13,005 nt of DNA from Octopus sinensis (GCF_006345805.1 NW_021826374.1:1-13005); one strand, 5' to 3'. Positions 1-8,426 are shown, counted from the first letter of the stretch. Numbers and translations: made by a program. The notes: a model not told the origin generated them from the letters alone.

Positions 1-160
1 ACCATCCGCGCCCGTATACACACAAACACAAACACACATATATACAAATACACACAAGCATACACATACATATACACCAATCACACGAGCATACACGCAC
101 ACACATTCACACATATACGTACGTACGTACGTACGTACACACCTACATACATACATACAT
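1..160. repeat. CA/TACA-rich compound microsatellite including (TACG)n at 116-138
   Basis: Direct reading: degenerate (CA)n and (CATA)n, plus tacg x5.75. Confidence 0.9.
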
Positions 161-270
161 ATTTATAAAAGGGTCAAATACGCGCTCAGGTGCATATTCA
201 CATATCTATCTGGAAAGAATCATTCACTCACAGATTCTTTCCTACTATACTATATACTATATACTTCCTA

Positions 271-487
271 CATACACACATACACACACACACATATATA
301 ATATATATATATATATATACGTATGTATATATATACAATTAGGAATATATATATATATATATAGATATATATATATATATATATTATAGATATATATATA
401 TATATATAGATATATATATATATATATATATACAATTATATCTATAGAATATATATATATATATATACGTATATATAGAATATATAT

Positions 488-522
<35 letters not shown>

Positions 523-612
523 TGTATATACATATATATCTATATATATATATATATATATATAATTGTATTTATTTATATATGTATGTGTGTGTGTGTA
601 TGTGTGTGTGTT
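271..612. repeat. Compound microsatellite (CA)n-(TA)n-(TG)n
   Basis: CA-rich left end, long interrupted (TA)n core, TG-rich right end. Confidence 0.95.
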
Positions 613-821
613 TAAGCGGTTATATGCTCACGTGTCAGTCAAAAACTCATAATTCGTACATAACTAAGGCAAATCTATTTTAATGGGCTCCATATAATAT
701 TTAACGATTTCATAGTTATGAATATTGTCCATGATATACAAATGAACCGGAATTGAAAATCGAGAATTACTCCACTGAATAAACACTTTATAAACACCGA
801 ATTACATTCCGATTACTTATG

Positions 822-1086
822 CATACATACACATATATATATACATCCATTCATGCATGTACACACACAAAGACACACACACATATACACTCACACAGGC
901 ATATTTATGCATTTATTGCATTTATGTATTATATATATGTTTATACATAGTGGATATATAATATATGTATATGTGATATATATATATATATATATGATAT
1001 ATGTATGAATTATATATATATATATAATATATAATATAATATACATGCATGCAATACATATACATATATAATATATATTATATATA

Positions 1087-1132
<46 letters not shown>

Positions 1133-1322
1133 TACATTCATACATACATATATATGTACATATATATTGTATATATTATGTATGTATGTATGTATGTAGG
1201 TAGGTATGTATGTAGGTAGGTATGTACGTAGGTAGATAGGTATGTTAGGTATGTAGATGATGTATGTATGTTAGAGTATGTATGTAAGTATGTATGTATG
1301 TATGCATGTATGTATGTACATA
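822..1322. repeat. Compound microsatellite CA / TA / CATA / TATG / TAGG
   Basis: Direct reading. ORFs 891..1145 and the start of 1278..1550 are translations of this tract. Confidence 0.95.
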
Positions 1323-1420
1323 ATATACATAGGCACGCACGCAGACATTCTCAAACGTTCTGTAAACCGATTTTGTAATACATTTTCTGTGGCTGTATGG
1401 ACAATTTTGCCAAATAAATA

Positions 1421-1461
1421 TACCTACTACTACTACTACTACTACTACCTACTACCTACTA
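1421..1461. repeat. (TAC)n microsatellite
   Basis: tactactac... run. Confidence 0.9.
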
Positions 1462-1768
1462 TCAACTACCACCAATACTGCCTTGATGATTATTATTTCC
1501 TCATTTCGTCGATTGATCAGTCTTTAATCAGTAAAATTCCCTCTATTTAGCTTGAATTACTCCCTTGAGTAAAGTATCTACATATTCGCAGTGCAGATTA
1601 CGTTTGTCTGTATACCATTTAAATTATTCAAATAACTGTTAATTAAGTCGGTAATTCGACACAGGAATGCGTTATCTTAAGGGATTACCATTAATTTATC
1701 GTATAATAATTTTGGTATTAGCCATGGTAATTTGATCATATTTTGCTCTTTGGCTTCCAGCAATGGCC

Positions 1769-1770
<2 letters not shown>

Positions 1771-1814
<44 letters not shown>

Positions 1815-1824
1815 TATATATATA
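1771..1824. repeat. (TA)n microsatellite
   Basis: Direct reading. Confidence 0.95.
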
Positions 1825-2069
1825 CAAGAGGGAAGTTCCTCTCAGTTTCAAGTAAAATCCGAAGTCAGAAGGATATATATGACTAGTTCAGTGCAATTTG
1901 GTACAAATATCGCTTTTTAGTAGCTTGAATGTCTAGAATGGTATCTGTCAATATGGGGTATTTTGCATACTTGCTTAGCACCACCTACTTTTGCAATGCA
2001 TTCGAATATCTATCGACCAAATAAGAATTATGAATTATATTCCATGTGTTCACTAATTTGTCTGTTTAG

Positions 2070-2097
2070 TTCAGGATCTCAGTAACTTGCAGTAATG
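2070..2097 (+). CDS. Weak candidate 28-nt exon (FRISVTCSN + G, phase 0 to 1)
   Basis: Branch-like CACTAAT, then ttgtctgtttAG acceptor (2068-2069); donor ATG|GTAATC at 2098; frame open. No homology recognised. Confidence 0.2.
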
Positions 2098-2113
2098 GTA
2101 ATCTGCAATTCTA

Positions 2114-2244
2114 GTTCATAATATCTGCATCTGTACTTTATGATATCAGCATATATACTTTATGATATTGACCTTTATGTTTCATAATATCGGCATCTAT
2201 ATATCATGATATGTTTCATAATATCGGCATCTATATATCATGGT
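2114..2244. repeat. Degenerate minisatellite with a 34-bp near-perfect tandem duplication
   Basis: atgtttcataatatcggcatctatatatcatg(a/g)t at 2177-2210 and 2211-2244 (33/34 identical); related degenerate units at 2114-2176. Confidence 0.85.
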
Positions 2245-2369
2245 ATTAGGGCTGGAAGTTCGTGATATCACAGGGCGTAGTTTTTGGTACCAGAGTGGTT
2301 GGTTATCATATCAGTGTATATAGTTCATAGCATTATCATCTATTGTTCATAGTATGTTCGTAACGAGTT

Positions 2370-2462
2370 ATATATACATACACAAATGCATAAAAATAGA
2401 TATACATATACATATATACACATACCCATGTATATGTATACATATATACATACATACGTATC
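2370..2462. repeat. CATA/TA compound microsatellite
   Basis: Direct reading. Confidence 0.85.
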
Positions 2463-2469
2463 ATGTTGC

Positions 2470-2660
2470 ACCGTTAATCTCTACACGTTTGTCTTTTCTC
2501 TCTACGTTTTTCTTTCATTTTCTATCCATTGTTTTCCTCTAAATCCTTCTGACGAAGAGCGTAGACTCGAAACGTAAAAGATATTTCCATTCCTCCTTGG
2601 CGTTAAACTAATACACCTGCTTTTGTTCAAACACCTGTCTTCTTTTGTTTTCTATATACA
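2470..2660 (+). mobile_element. Probable Penelope-like element (pseudo-LTR) remnant carrying a hammerhead motif
   Basis: Pyrimidine-rich segment bounded by microsatellites and containing a minimal hammerhead core. Minimal hammerheads with palindromic stem III are characteristic of metazoan Penelope-like elements. Boundaries are approximate and no RT/GIY-YIG ORF is present. Confidence 0.55.
2541..2584 (+). ncRNA. Minimal type I hammerhead ribozyme motif
   Basis: CTGACGA (2549-2555), extra A, stem II GAG-cgtaga-CTC (2557-2568), GAAAC (2569-2573), GTA cleavage triplet (2574-2576). Stem I aaatcctt (2541-2548) pairs with aaagatat (2577-2584) at 6 of 8 positions. Stem III is reduced to palindromic ACGT. 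Confidence 0.75.
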
Positions 2661-3379
2661 AATGTACATATATATAAATGCATACACACACATATTTATA
2701 TACGCATTAGTTATAGTATACATTAGAACCCGAGTACATCAACTCGTATTGCGCCAGAAGTGGCTAGGCACAATAACACAGGGTTCACATTGAGGTAAAA
2801 CAACCACAAAGATATCATATGTTAGTAGGATACTGTAGGCATGTAAGTACGAAATTCCATTTAAACTGAAGATCAAACTCAGGGGTGGCTTTATGTGCGG
2901 CCTAGGTAAATTGTAAACCCTATTTGTGTTCTTTTATATATATATATAAATATATAAATTTTTGCAGGAAAAAACACTAATGACGTCGAGAGATCGAAAC
3001 CGAAAACTAAGTTTGAATTTGAGTTTCAAATATGTTGCTGAAACTTGAGGAGGTATTTTCTGCAAGACTGTTCTTGATCTATACTACTAGTGTAACTTCT
3101 CGTAACTGAAAGTCAATAAGTTGTCGGATTTTTATTAAGGAAAGTCTTGCCAGTTCACCAGCGTGACCACGTCCACTGCTTAGAGCATGGGAAAGGAATT
3201 AAATGGCAAAAAAAAAGAAAAGAAAACCGAACGAATAAGCGTTGAATGACTCTTACAGACAGGTGCGCTGGATGTAATTAAGAAATAAGGTGTCATCTAC
3301 TTATGAATGTATGTGTGATATGAAGCAACAACTAATGTTCAACAGGAACAGTTTGATAAACCGAAGATTGATGCTTATA

Positions 3380-3889
3380 GGCGAAGGAATGGCTGTGTGG
3401 TAAGTAGCTTGATTACCAACCACATGGTTCCGAGTTCATTCCCACTGCGTGGCACCTTGGGCTAGTGTCTTCTACTATAGCCTCGGGCCAACCAAAGCCT
3501 TATGAGTGGATGTGGTAGACGGAAACTGAAAGAATCCCGTCGTATATATATATATATATAGATATATATATATATATATATAATATATATATATATATGT
3601 ATATATATATGTATATATATGTGTATGTGTATGTATGTATGTATGTATGTATGCATGTATGTATGCATGTATGTGTGTGTGTATATTTGTGTTTGTGAGT
3701 GTATGTTTATCCCCCCAACATCGCTTGACAACCGATGCTGGTGTGTTTACGTCTCCATAACTTAGCGGTTCGGAAAAAGAGGCCGATAGAATAAGTACTA
3801 GACTTACAAAGAAACGAACTCGTCGATTAAAGTCGGTGCACCAGAATGGCCACAGTCAAATGACTGAAACAAATAAAAGAGTAAAAGAG
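3380..3889 (+). mobile_element. tRNA-derived SINE, family A copy 1 (CORE-like, octopus OR-type), full length with internal microsatellite
   Basis: Box A TGGCTGTGTGG, box B-like gagttcattcc, CORE-like accttgggctagtgtc, internal TA/TATG tract at about 3543-3700, 3' module ending tgactgaaacaaataaaagagtaaaagag. Colinear with 9165-9616. Confidence 0.9.
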
Positions 3890-3928
3890 GTGTGTCCGAG
3901 TGAGCTCTACTAGAATACGTTTCGATAG

Positions 3929-3999
3929 GTGACGAACAGCAAGAATCTTCTCATTCAAATGTTGAGAGCAGGATGGAACCCCCCAAAAAAGAGAACTTG
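3929..3999 (+). CDS. Candidate coding exon (G)DEQQESSHSNVESRMEPPKKENL, phase 1 to 0
   Basis: Acceptor gatAG (3927-3928; alternative in-phase tAG at 3912-3913), donor TTG|GTAATT at 4000. The open hydrophilic frame joins in phase with exon 4232-4259. Polypyrimidine tract is weak. Confidence 0.4.
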
Positions 4000-4231
4000 G
4001 TAATTGAATAAAAAGAAGCGAGAAACATCGGTAAAAGCTAGACTGGATGTAATGTTATGAGTTGACAATAAATTTACGATCTCAACCTCCAGTACAAAAC
4101 ACTGAATGTCATCTCAGCGAAAATTATGAGAATTGAATCTACCGTGTGAGTTTTGGCGGATGTTGTCATATTGTATTATTGACTGTGAAATTGCGAAATT
4201 CGTTTTCTCTTTATTTTTCTTCTCTCCACAG

Positions 4232-4259
4232 ACAAAATTGGATGCAGATGAAGAAAATG
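4232..4259 (+). CDS. Candidate 28-nt exon TKLDADEEN + G (phase 0 to 1)
   Basis: Very strong acceptor ttttctctttatttttcttctctccacAG, branch-like TTGAC at 4179-4183 with no AG before the acceptor, donor ATG|GTAACA at 4260. Confidence 0.55.
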
Positions 4260-4443
4260 GTAACATTTTTCACAGAATTATTTTGTCTTTTTTTTTTAAA
4301 CGTAGTAGTGAAGTGTCCTATATTCTAACTCAATTTTTTTTATTTCAAAAATGTCAAAATTATTTTAAATTTTGTTACTTATGGTATAAATGGTTTTTCT
4401 TTTCTTTCAGAAACACAAACATGCGACTACCTCATCAGACGAC

Positions 4444-4542
4444 TATTATTATTATCATTACTATTATTATTATTATTGTTATTGTTATTATTATTATATT
4501 ATTATTATTATTATTATTTTATTATTATTATTATTATTATTA

Positions 4543-4607
<65 letters not shown>

Positions 4608-4625
4608 GTTGTTATCGTTATTATT
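4444..4625. repeat. (ATT)n microsatellite, about 60 units
   Basis: Direct reading; source of the poly-Y/L/I/N ORFs. Confidence 0.95.
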
Positions 4626-4627
4626 AA

Positions 4628-4836
4628 AGCGACCAGTTGGCAGAATCGTTAGCGCGCCGGGTGAAATGTTTAGCGGTATTTCGGCCGTTGCGACCATATG
4701 AGTTCAATTTCCGGCGAGGTCGACTTTGACTTTCATCCTTTCGGGGTCGATTAAATAAGTACCAGTTACACACGGAGATCGAACTAATCGACTTAATCTC
4801 CTCACCAAGCTGCCCTTGTGGCAAAAATTTGAAATC
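4628..4836 (+). mobile_element. tRNA-derived SINE family B copy 1 (full length)
   Basis: Box A-like ttggcagaatcgttagc, box B gagttcaattt, central gaggtcgactttgactttcatcctttcggggtcgattaaataagtacc, tail cccttgtggcaaaaatttgaaa followed by (ATC)n. Confidence 0.9.
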
Positions 4837-4918
4837 ATCATCATCATCATCATTATTATTATTATCATTATCATTATTATTATTATCATTCTCATTATAT
4901 TATTATTATTATATTTTT

Positions 4919-4953
<35 letters not shown>

Positions 4954-4972
4954 TATCATTATCATATTATTA

Positions 4973-5011
<39 letters not shown>

Positions 5012-5032
5012 CATATCATATATTATTATTAT

Positions 5033-5082
<50 letters not shown>

Positions 5083-5120
5083 TTTATTATCATTATCTTA
5101 TTATTATTATTATATTATTA

Positions 5121-5152
<32 letters not shown>

Positions 5153-5210
5153 TATTATTATTATATATTATTATCATTATCAATTATATTATTATCATTA
5201 TCTTATCATA

Positions 5211-5241
<31 letters not shown>

Positions 5242-5261
5242 TATTATTTTATATTATTATT
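4837..5261. repeat. Degenerate (ATC/ATT)n tract, expanded tail of SINE B1
   Basis: Directly follows the SINE 3' end. Confidence 0.9.
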
Positions 5262-5460
5262 AAGGTTGCGAGCTGGTAGAATCGGTAGCACACCGGGCGA
5301 AGTACTTACCAGTATTTCGTCTGCCGCTACATTCTGAGTTCAAATTCTGCCGAGGTCGTCTTTGCCCTTCATCCTTTCAGGGTCGATAAAACAGTAGGGT
5401 CGATGTAATCGACTATCCCCCTCCCACCAAATTGCTGCCCTTGTGGCAAAATTTGAAACT
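5262..5460 (+). mobile_element. SINE family B copy 2 (full length, small internal deletion), (ATT)n tail to 5511
   Basis: gagctggtagaatcggtagc ... gagttcaaattctgccgaggtcg ... cccttgtggcaaaatttgaaa. Confidence 0.9.
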
Positions 5461-5511
5461 ATCATTATTATCATTATTGTTTTTGTTGTTATTATTATTA
5501 ATATTATTATT

Positions 5512-5631
5512 AAATTCCGCCGAGGTTGACTTTGCCTTTCATCCCTTCAGGTCGATAAATTAAGTATCATTAAAACACTGGGATCAATGCAAATGACTAA
5601 TCCTTCCCCCACCCCACCCCAGATTTCAGGT
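5512..5631 (+). mobile_element. SINE family B copy 3 (5'-truncated)
   Basis: Starts at aaattccgccgaggttgactttgcctttcatcc; lacks box A. Confidence 0.85.
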
Positions 5632-5790
5632 CGTCTTTACGTTCTGAGTTCAAATTCTGCCGAGATCAGCTTCGCTTTTTATCATTTCGGCGTCAATGAA
5701 ATAAGTACCAGCTGATCTCTGGGGTCGATATAATTGACCAATCCTCTCCCCAAACATTCCGGCCTTGTGCCTATTGTAAAAAGTAACATT
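5632..5790 (+). mobile_element. SINE family B copy 4 (5'-truncated, different tail variant)
   Basis: cgtctttacgttctgagttcaaattctgccgag ... aataagtaccag ... ggggtcgat ... ggccttgtgcctattgtaaaaag. Confidence 0.85.
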
Positions 5791-5794
5791 AATA

Positions 5795-6005
5795 AAGCAA
5801 CGAGTGGACCGAATCGTTAGGAAGTTAGACAAATTAATTAGCAGCACTTCTTCCTGCTTCTTACGTTCTGTTCAAATTCTGTCTAAGTCGACATCGCCTT
5901 TTATTCATCAGGGGTCATTAAAATATGTCAGTAAAGTACTGGTGTCGATGTAATGGTCGTACCACCTCCAGCTAAAATTGCTTGCTTTGTGCCAAAACTT
6001 GAATC
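5795..6005 (+). mobile_element. SINE family B copy 5 (diverged)
   Basis: gaatcgttagg ... ttacgttctgttcaaattctg ... ggtgtcgatgtaat ... ttgtgccaaaacttgaa. Confidence 0.8.
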
Positions 6006-6008
6006 ATT

Positions 6009-6213
6009 AAAGCGGTGAGCAGGCAGAATTGTTAGAGCGTCAAAATATTCCTTTGCGGTATAGCTTCGGACGCATTACAAGCCCCAATTCAAATTTTGTC
6101 AAGCACGAATTTGCCTTTCCTCTTTTTCGTGGTCGAAAAAAATATGAAGCGGTGAGTGTAATTGTCTTGCTCCTACCCACAACATTGCTGGCCTTGTGCC
6201 AAAATTTGAAGCC
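6009..6213 (+). mobile_element. SINE family B copy 6 (diverged)
   Basis: aagcggtgagcaggcagaattgttagagc ... ttcaaatttt ... gctggccttgtgccaaaatttgaa. Confidence 0.8.
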
Positions 6214-6245
6214 GTTATTTATATTACTAATATTGCGATGCTGTG

Positions 6246-6436
6246 AAGACGGTTGGGCTGGCACAATACTCATCGTCCTTTCGTCCATTTTCATGTTGAG
6301 TTCAAACACCGACAAGGTCAGATCAACCTTTCATACTTTCAGGGTAGATAAAATAAGTACAAGTTGAGCACTGGTATTGATGTGATGGACGTAACCCTAC
6401 CATTTTATTGCTGGCATTGTGCCTAAATTTGAAATC
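6246..6436 (+). mobile_element. SINE family B copy 7 (diverged, internal deletion)
   Basis: gggctggcacaat ... gagttcaaac ... cctttcatactttcagggtagataaaataagtacaagttgagcactgg ... ttgtgcctaaatttgaaa. Confidence 0.8.
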
Positions 6437-6662
6437 AATATTGTTAATGCTGCTGTCATCAAAAATACCTTTGTTACAAAATGCTACATTCTAATTCTGA
6501 ATACGTACTTTTATTTCACCACCTAGCAAACCCTTGAAGCTCTCTTTATAAACAACGTTTTGTTTTGGGTTCGTATTTTTTGTTGCAATCAAAAACATCT
6601 CCGAATTGCACGCAGGAGATAGCAGAACCTGTTTCTAGACGTGGCGCGTATTTGTAAAACTT

Positions 6663-6772
6663 GGCGCGGATGTGTGGTAAGAAGAAGCGTGCCCCCCAAC
6701 CACGTGATTCCGGGTTCAGTCCCACTGCCTGGCACCTCGGGCCAACCAAAACCTTGAGTGGATATGGTAGAC
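6663..6772 (+). mobile_element. SINE family A copy 3 (5' half only, 26-nt internal deletion), followed by (TG)n to about 6800
   Basis: tgtgtggtaag ... ccgggttcagtcccactgcctggcacctcgggccaaccaaaccttgagtggatatggtagacg. Confidence 0.85.
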
Positions 6773-6934
6773 GTGTATGTGTGTGTGTGTGTGAGTGTGA
6801 TTTTGTCATAACACACGAGTTCTCATGAAGTATCTTGCAAACCAAATAACAAAACTAAAAGGTTATGTTCTGTGGGGCAGATCCCAACATTCCTCCTTAA
6901 CAGCATGCTGTTGTGTTACAGGCTTCAGTGATAT

Positions 6935-7103
6935 CAGTTTTGAGGGGAGGAAGTAAGCTGATTGCATGGGCCCTATTACTTGACTGGTACCTTACTTTAC
7001 TCCACCTCAAGAGATGAAGGGCAAAGCTTACCATTATGGGATTTGAACTCAGAACTTAAAGAACCGGAAGAAATGTCGCTTAGTATTTTGTCAGATGTGT
7101 CTA
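6935..7103 (-). mobile_element. SINE family B copy 8 (diverged, minus strand)
   Basis: actggtaccttacttt ... gatgaagggcaaag ... atttgaactcagaacttaaag is the reverse complement of the family B core. Confidence 0.75.
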
Positions 7104-7235
7104 TATTTTGAAAGCGCATTTTGTATTTCTTTCTCGAGCCCCAGGACATATGAGATAGATTAGGGTTTCATAAATGACTGAAATCGCAACAGTTCCCTTT
7201 AAAGGAATGCCGTTCCGTTACAGGGATCAACCGCA

Positions 7236-7392
7236 CTCGAGTTTTTCATATGCATATTTAACAACCAACGGCATCAACATAACAACATAACTCTTCTTCG
7301 GCTCTTGGGACCTGGGTGGAGTTTTGCTTTCTTGGACAAGGTATTGAATAGAGAAAACCTATTATAGAAATGAAATGTAGCTCCATAGCTAC
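7236..7392 (+). repeat. Left arm of long inverted repeat (pairs with 8737-8899)
   Basis: Manual alignment of its reverse complement to 8737-8899: 17 mismatches in 157 positions plus one 6-nt indel. Confidence 0.9.
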
Positions 7393-7545
7393 ACTCAGGG
7401 GAGTGGATAAGCTGATTATATGGACTTCAGAACTTGACTGGTACCTTATTTCATTCCCCATTTGAACACAGGAAGCGAGGAGCCTGAAGGAATGCTGCTA
7501 AATATTTTGTGAGATGTGCTAACGATCCTGCAAGCTTACCACCTT
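7393..7545 (-). mobile_element. SINE family B copy 9 (diverged, internally deleted, minus strand)
   Basis: actggtaccttatttcat ... atttgaacac ... gaatgctgctaaatattttg ... gtgctaacgatcctgcaagc. Confidence 0.75.
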
Positions 7546-7680
7546 ATTTCTAAGCATAGTACTCAGAATATTTTGTTTGTGTTGGATATGTATGCAAATT
7601 TCTCCTCGCTACGCCATCGATGCAGTTTCAGGCTAAGGCAAATTAAGGGCCGATATTGCCTGGTATCTGTGTCGTTGCAG

Positions 7681-7719
7681 GGGTTACCATCAGAAAGCAA
7701 AACGCCGAAACAGCTTAGC
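7681..7719 (+). CDS. Candidate 39-nt symmetric exon (phase 0 reading GLPSESKTPKQLS)
   Basis: Acceptor tgtgtcgttgcAG (7679-7680), strong donor AGC|GTAAGG at 7720, length divisible by 3, open in phases 0 and 2. Confidence 0.35.
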
Positions 7720-7920
7720 GTAAGGAATTACATTCGACGCTCTTGACAGAAGACAAGAAAGCTTTCTTCTCCCCAGAGTTTTGAATTAAACAAAACAACT
7801 CGTCATTGTAAGAAATGATGACTGGATACTAAAATTTTTCTCTGGTTTCAATGACAGGGATTAAAAGATCTATTTTCAATGAATCCAATTTTATCCATCC
7901 CTTGTGTATTTCTTCAGCCT

Positions 7921-7922
7921 CT

Positions 7923-7964
<42 letters not shown>

Positions 7965-8080
7965 ATTTCTATCTATCTATCTATCTATCTATCTGTCTAT
8001 CTATCTATCTATCTATTTTCCTGACTTTGTTCCACTCTCTCTCTCTTCTTCTTCTTCATCTTCTTCTTCTTATTCTTTCT
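7921..8080. repeat. Compound pyrimidine-rich microsatellite (CT)n-(CTAT)n-(CTT)n
   Basis: Direct reading. Confidence 0.9.
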
Positions 8081-8283
8081 CTGAAAGTGAAAGGAAGCTG
8101 TCACCTAATATCTATTTTGGTAAAAACATTTACCATTGTGCTGACATGAAAAAAAGAGAATCAAATGTCTATTTTAATGAAATCAATTATCACACTTCTT
8201 TTGTTCGACAAGAAAGAAAAAATGGTAAATTCTATTTTAGGATAATCCATTATTATCAGTTTCTTTGATGTTGGACATCGGGG

Positions 8284-8366
8284 CATACATATAAATATAT
8301 GTGTATGTATGTGTATATATACGTAGGTATATACATATATGTATACACCTTATACTTATGCTTATA

Positions 8367-8426
<60 letters not shown>

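Noticed and set aside
164-171. TATAAAAG TATA-box match
   Set aside because: Expected by chance in AT-rich DNA, with no supporting initiator or transcript evidence.
891-1145. YI/CV/HT-repeat ORFs here and at 2354-2577, 3462-3731, 8237-8704 and 12197-12809
   Set aside because: Translations of TA, CA, TG and TATG microsatellites.
2821-2827. Minus-strand TACTAAC branch point with an AG about 55 nt downstream
   Set aside because: The following segment has no convincing donor or coding frame, and no other minus-strand exon supports it.
2968-3053. Exon-like segment tttttgcAG...GAG|GTATTT
   Set aside because: Stops occur in all three frames across the full segment. It could only be a UTR or first-coding exon, which cannot be supported from sequence alone.
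4400-4440. Other CTGANGA motifs (minus strand at about 4432, 7911 and 11701; plus strand at 2866, 8901 and 12922) as hammerheads
   Set aside because: None has a proper stem II followed by GAAAC and a compatible stem III/stem I.
4133-5337. Long poly-I/L/Y/N ORFs, superficially transmembrane or signal-peptide-like
   Set aside because: Translations of (ATT/ATC)n tracts and SINE sequence.
5602-5620. G-quadruplex on the minus strand
   Set aside because: Only three long G-runs plus one GG, inside a SINE tail; too weak to call.
4628-6436. Tandem array as CRISPR or satellite DNA
   Set aside because: The units are about 200-nt SINE copies from different subfamilies, with no repeat-spacer structure and no cas genes.
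6029-6845. Complex-looking ORFs 6029..6367, 6040..6315, 6546..6845 and 6589..6816
   Set aside because: They overlap decayed SINE B6/B7 or A3 copies and contain no recognisable domain.
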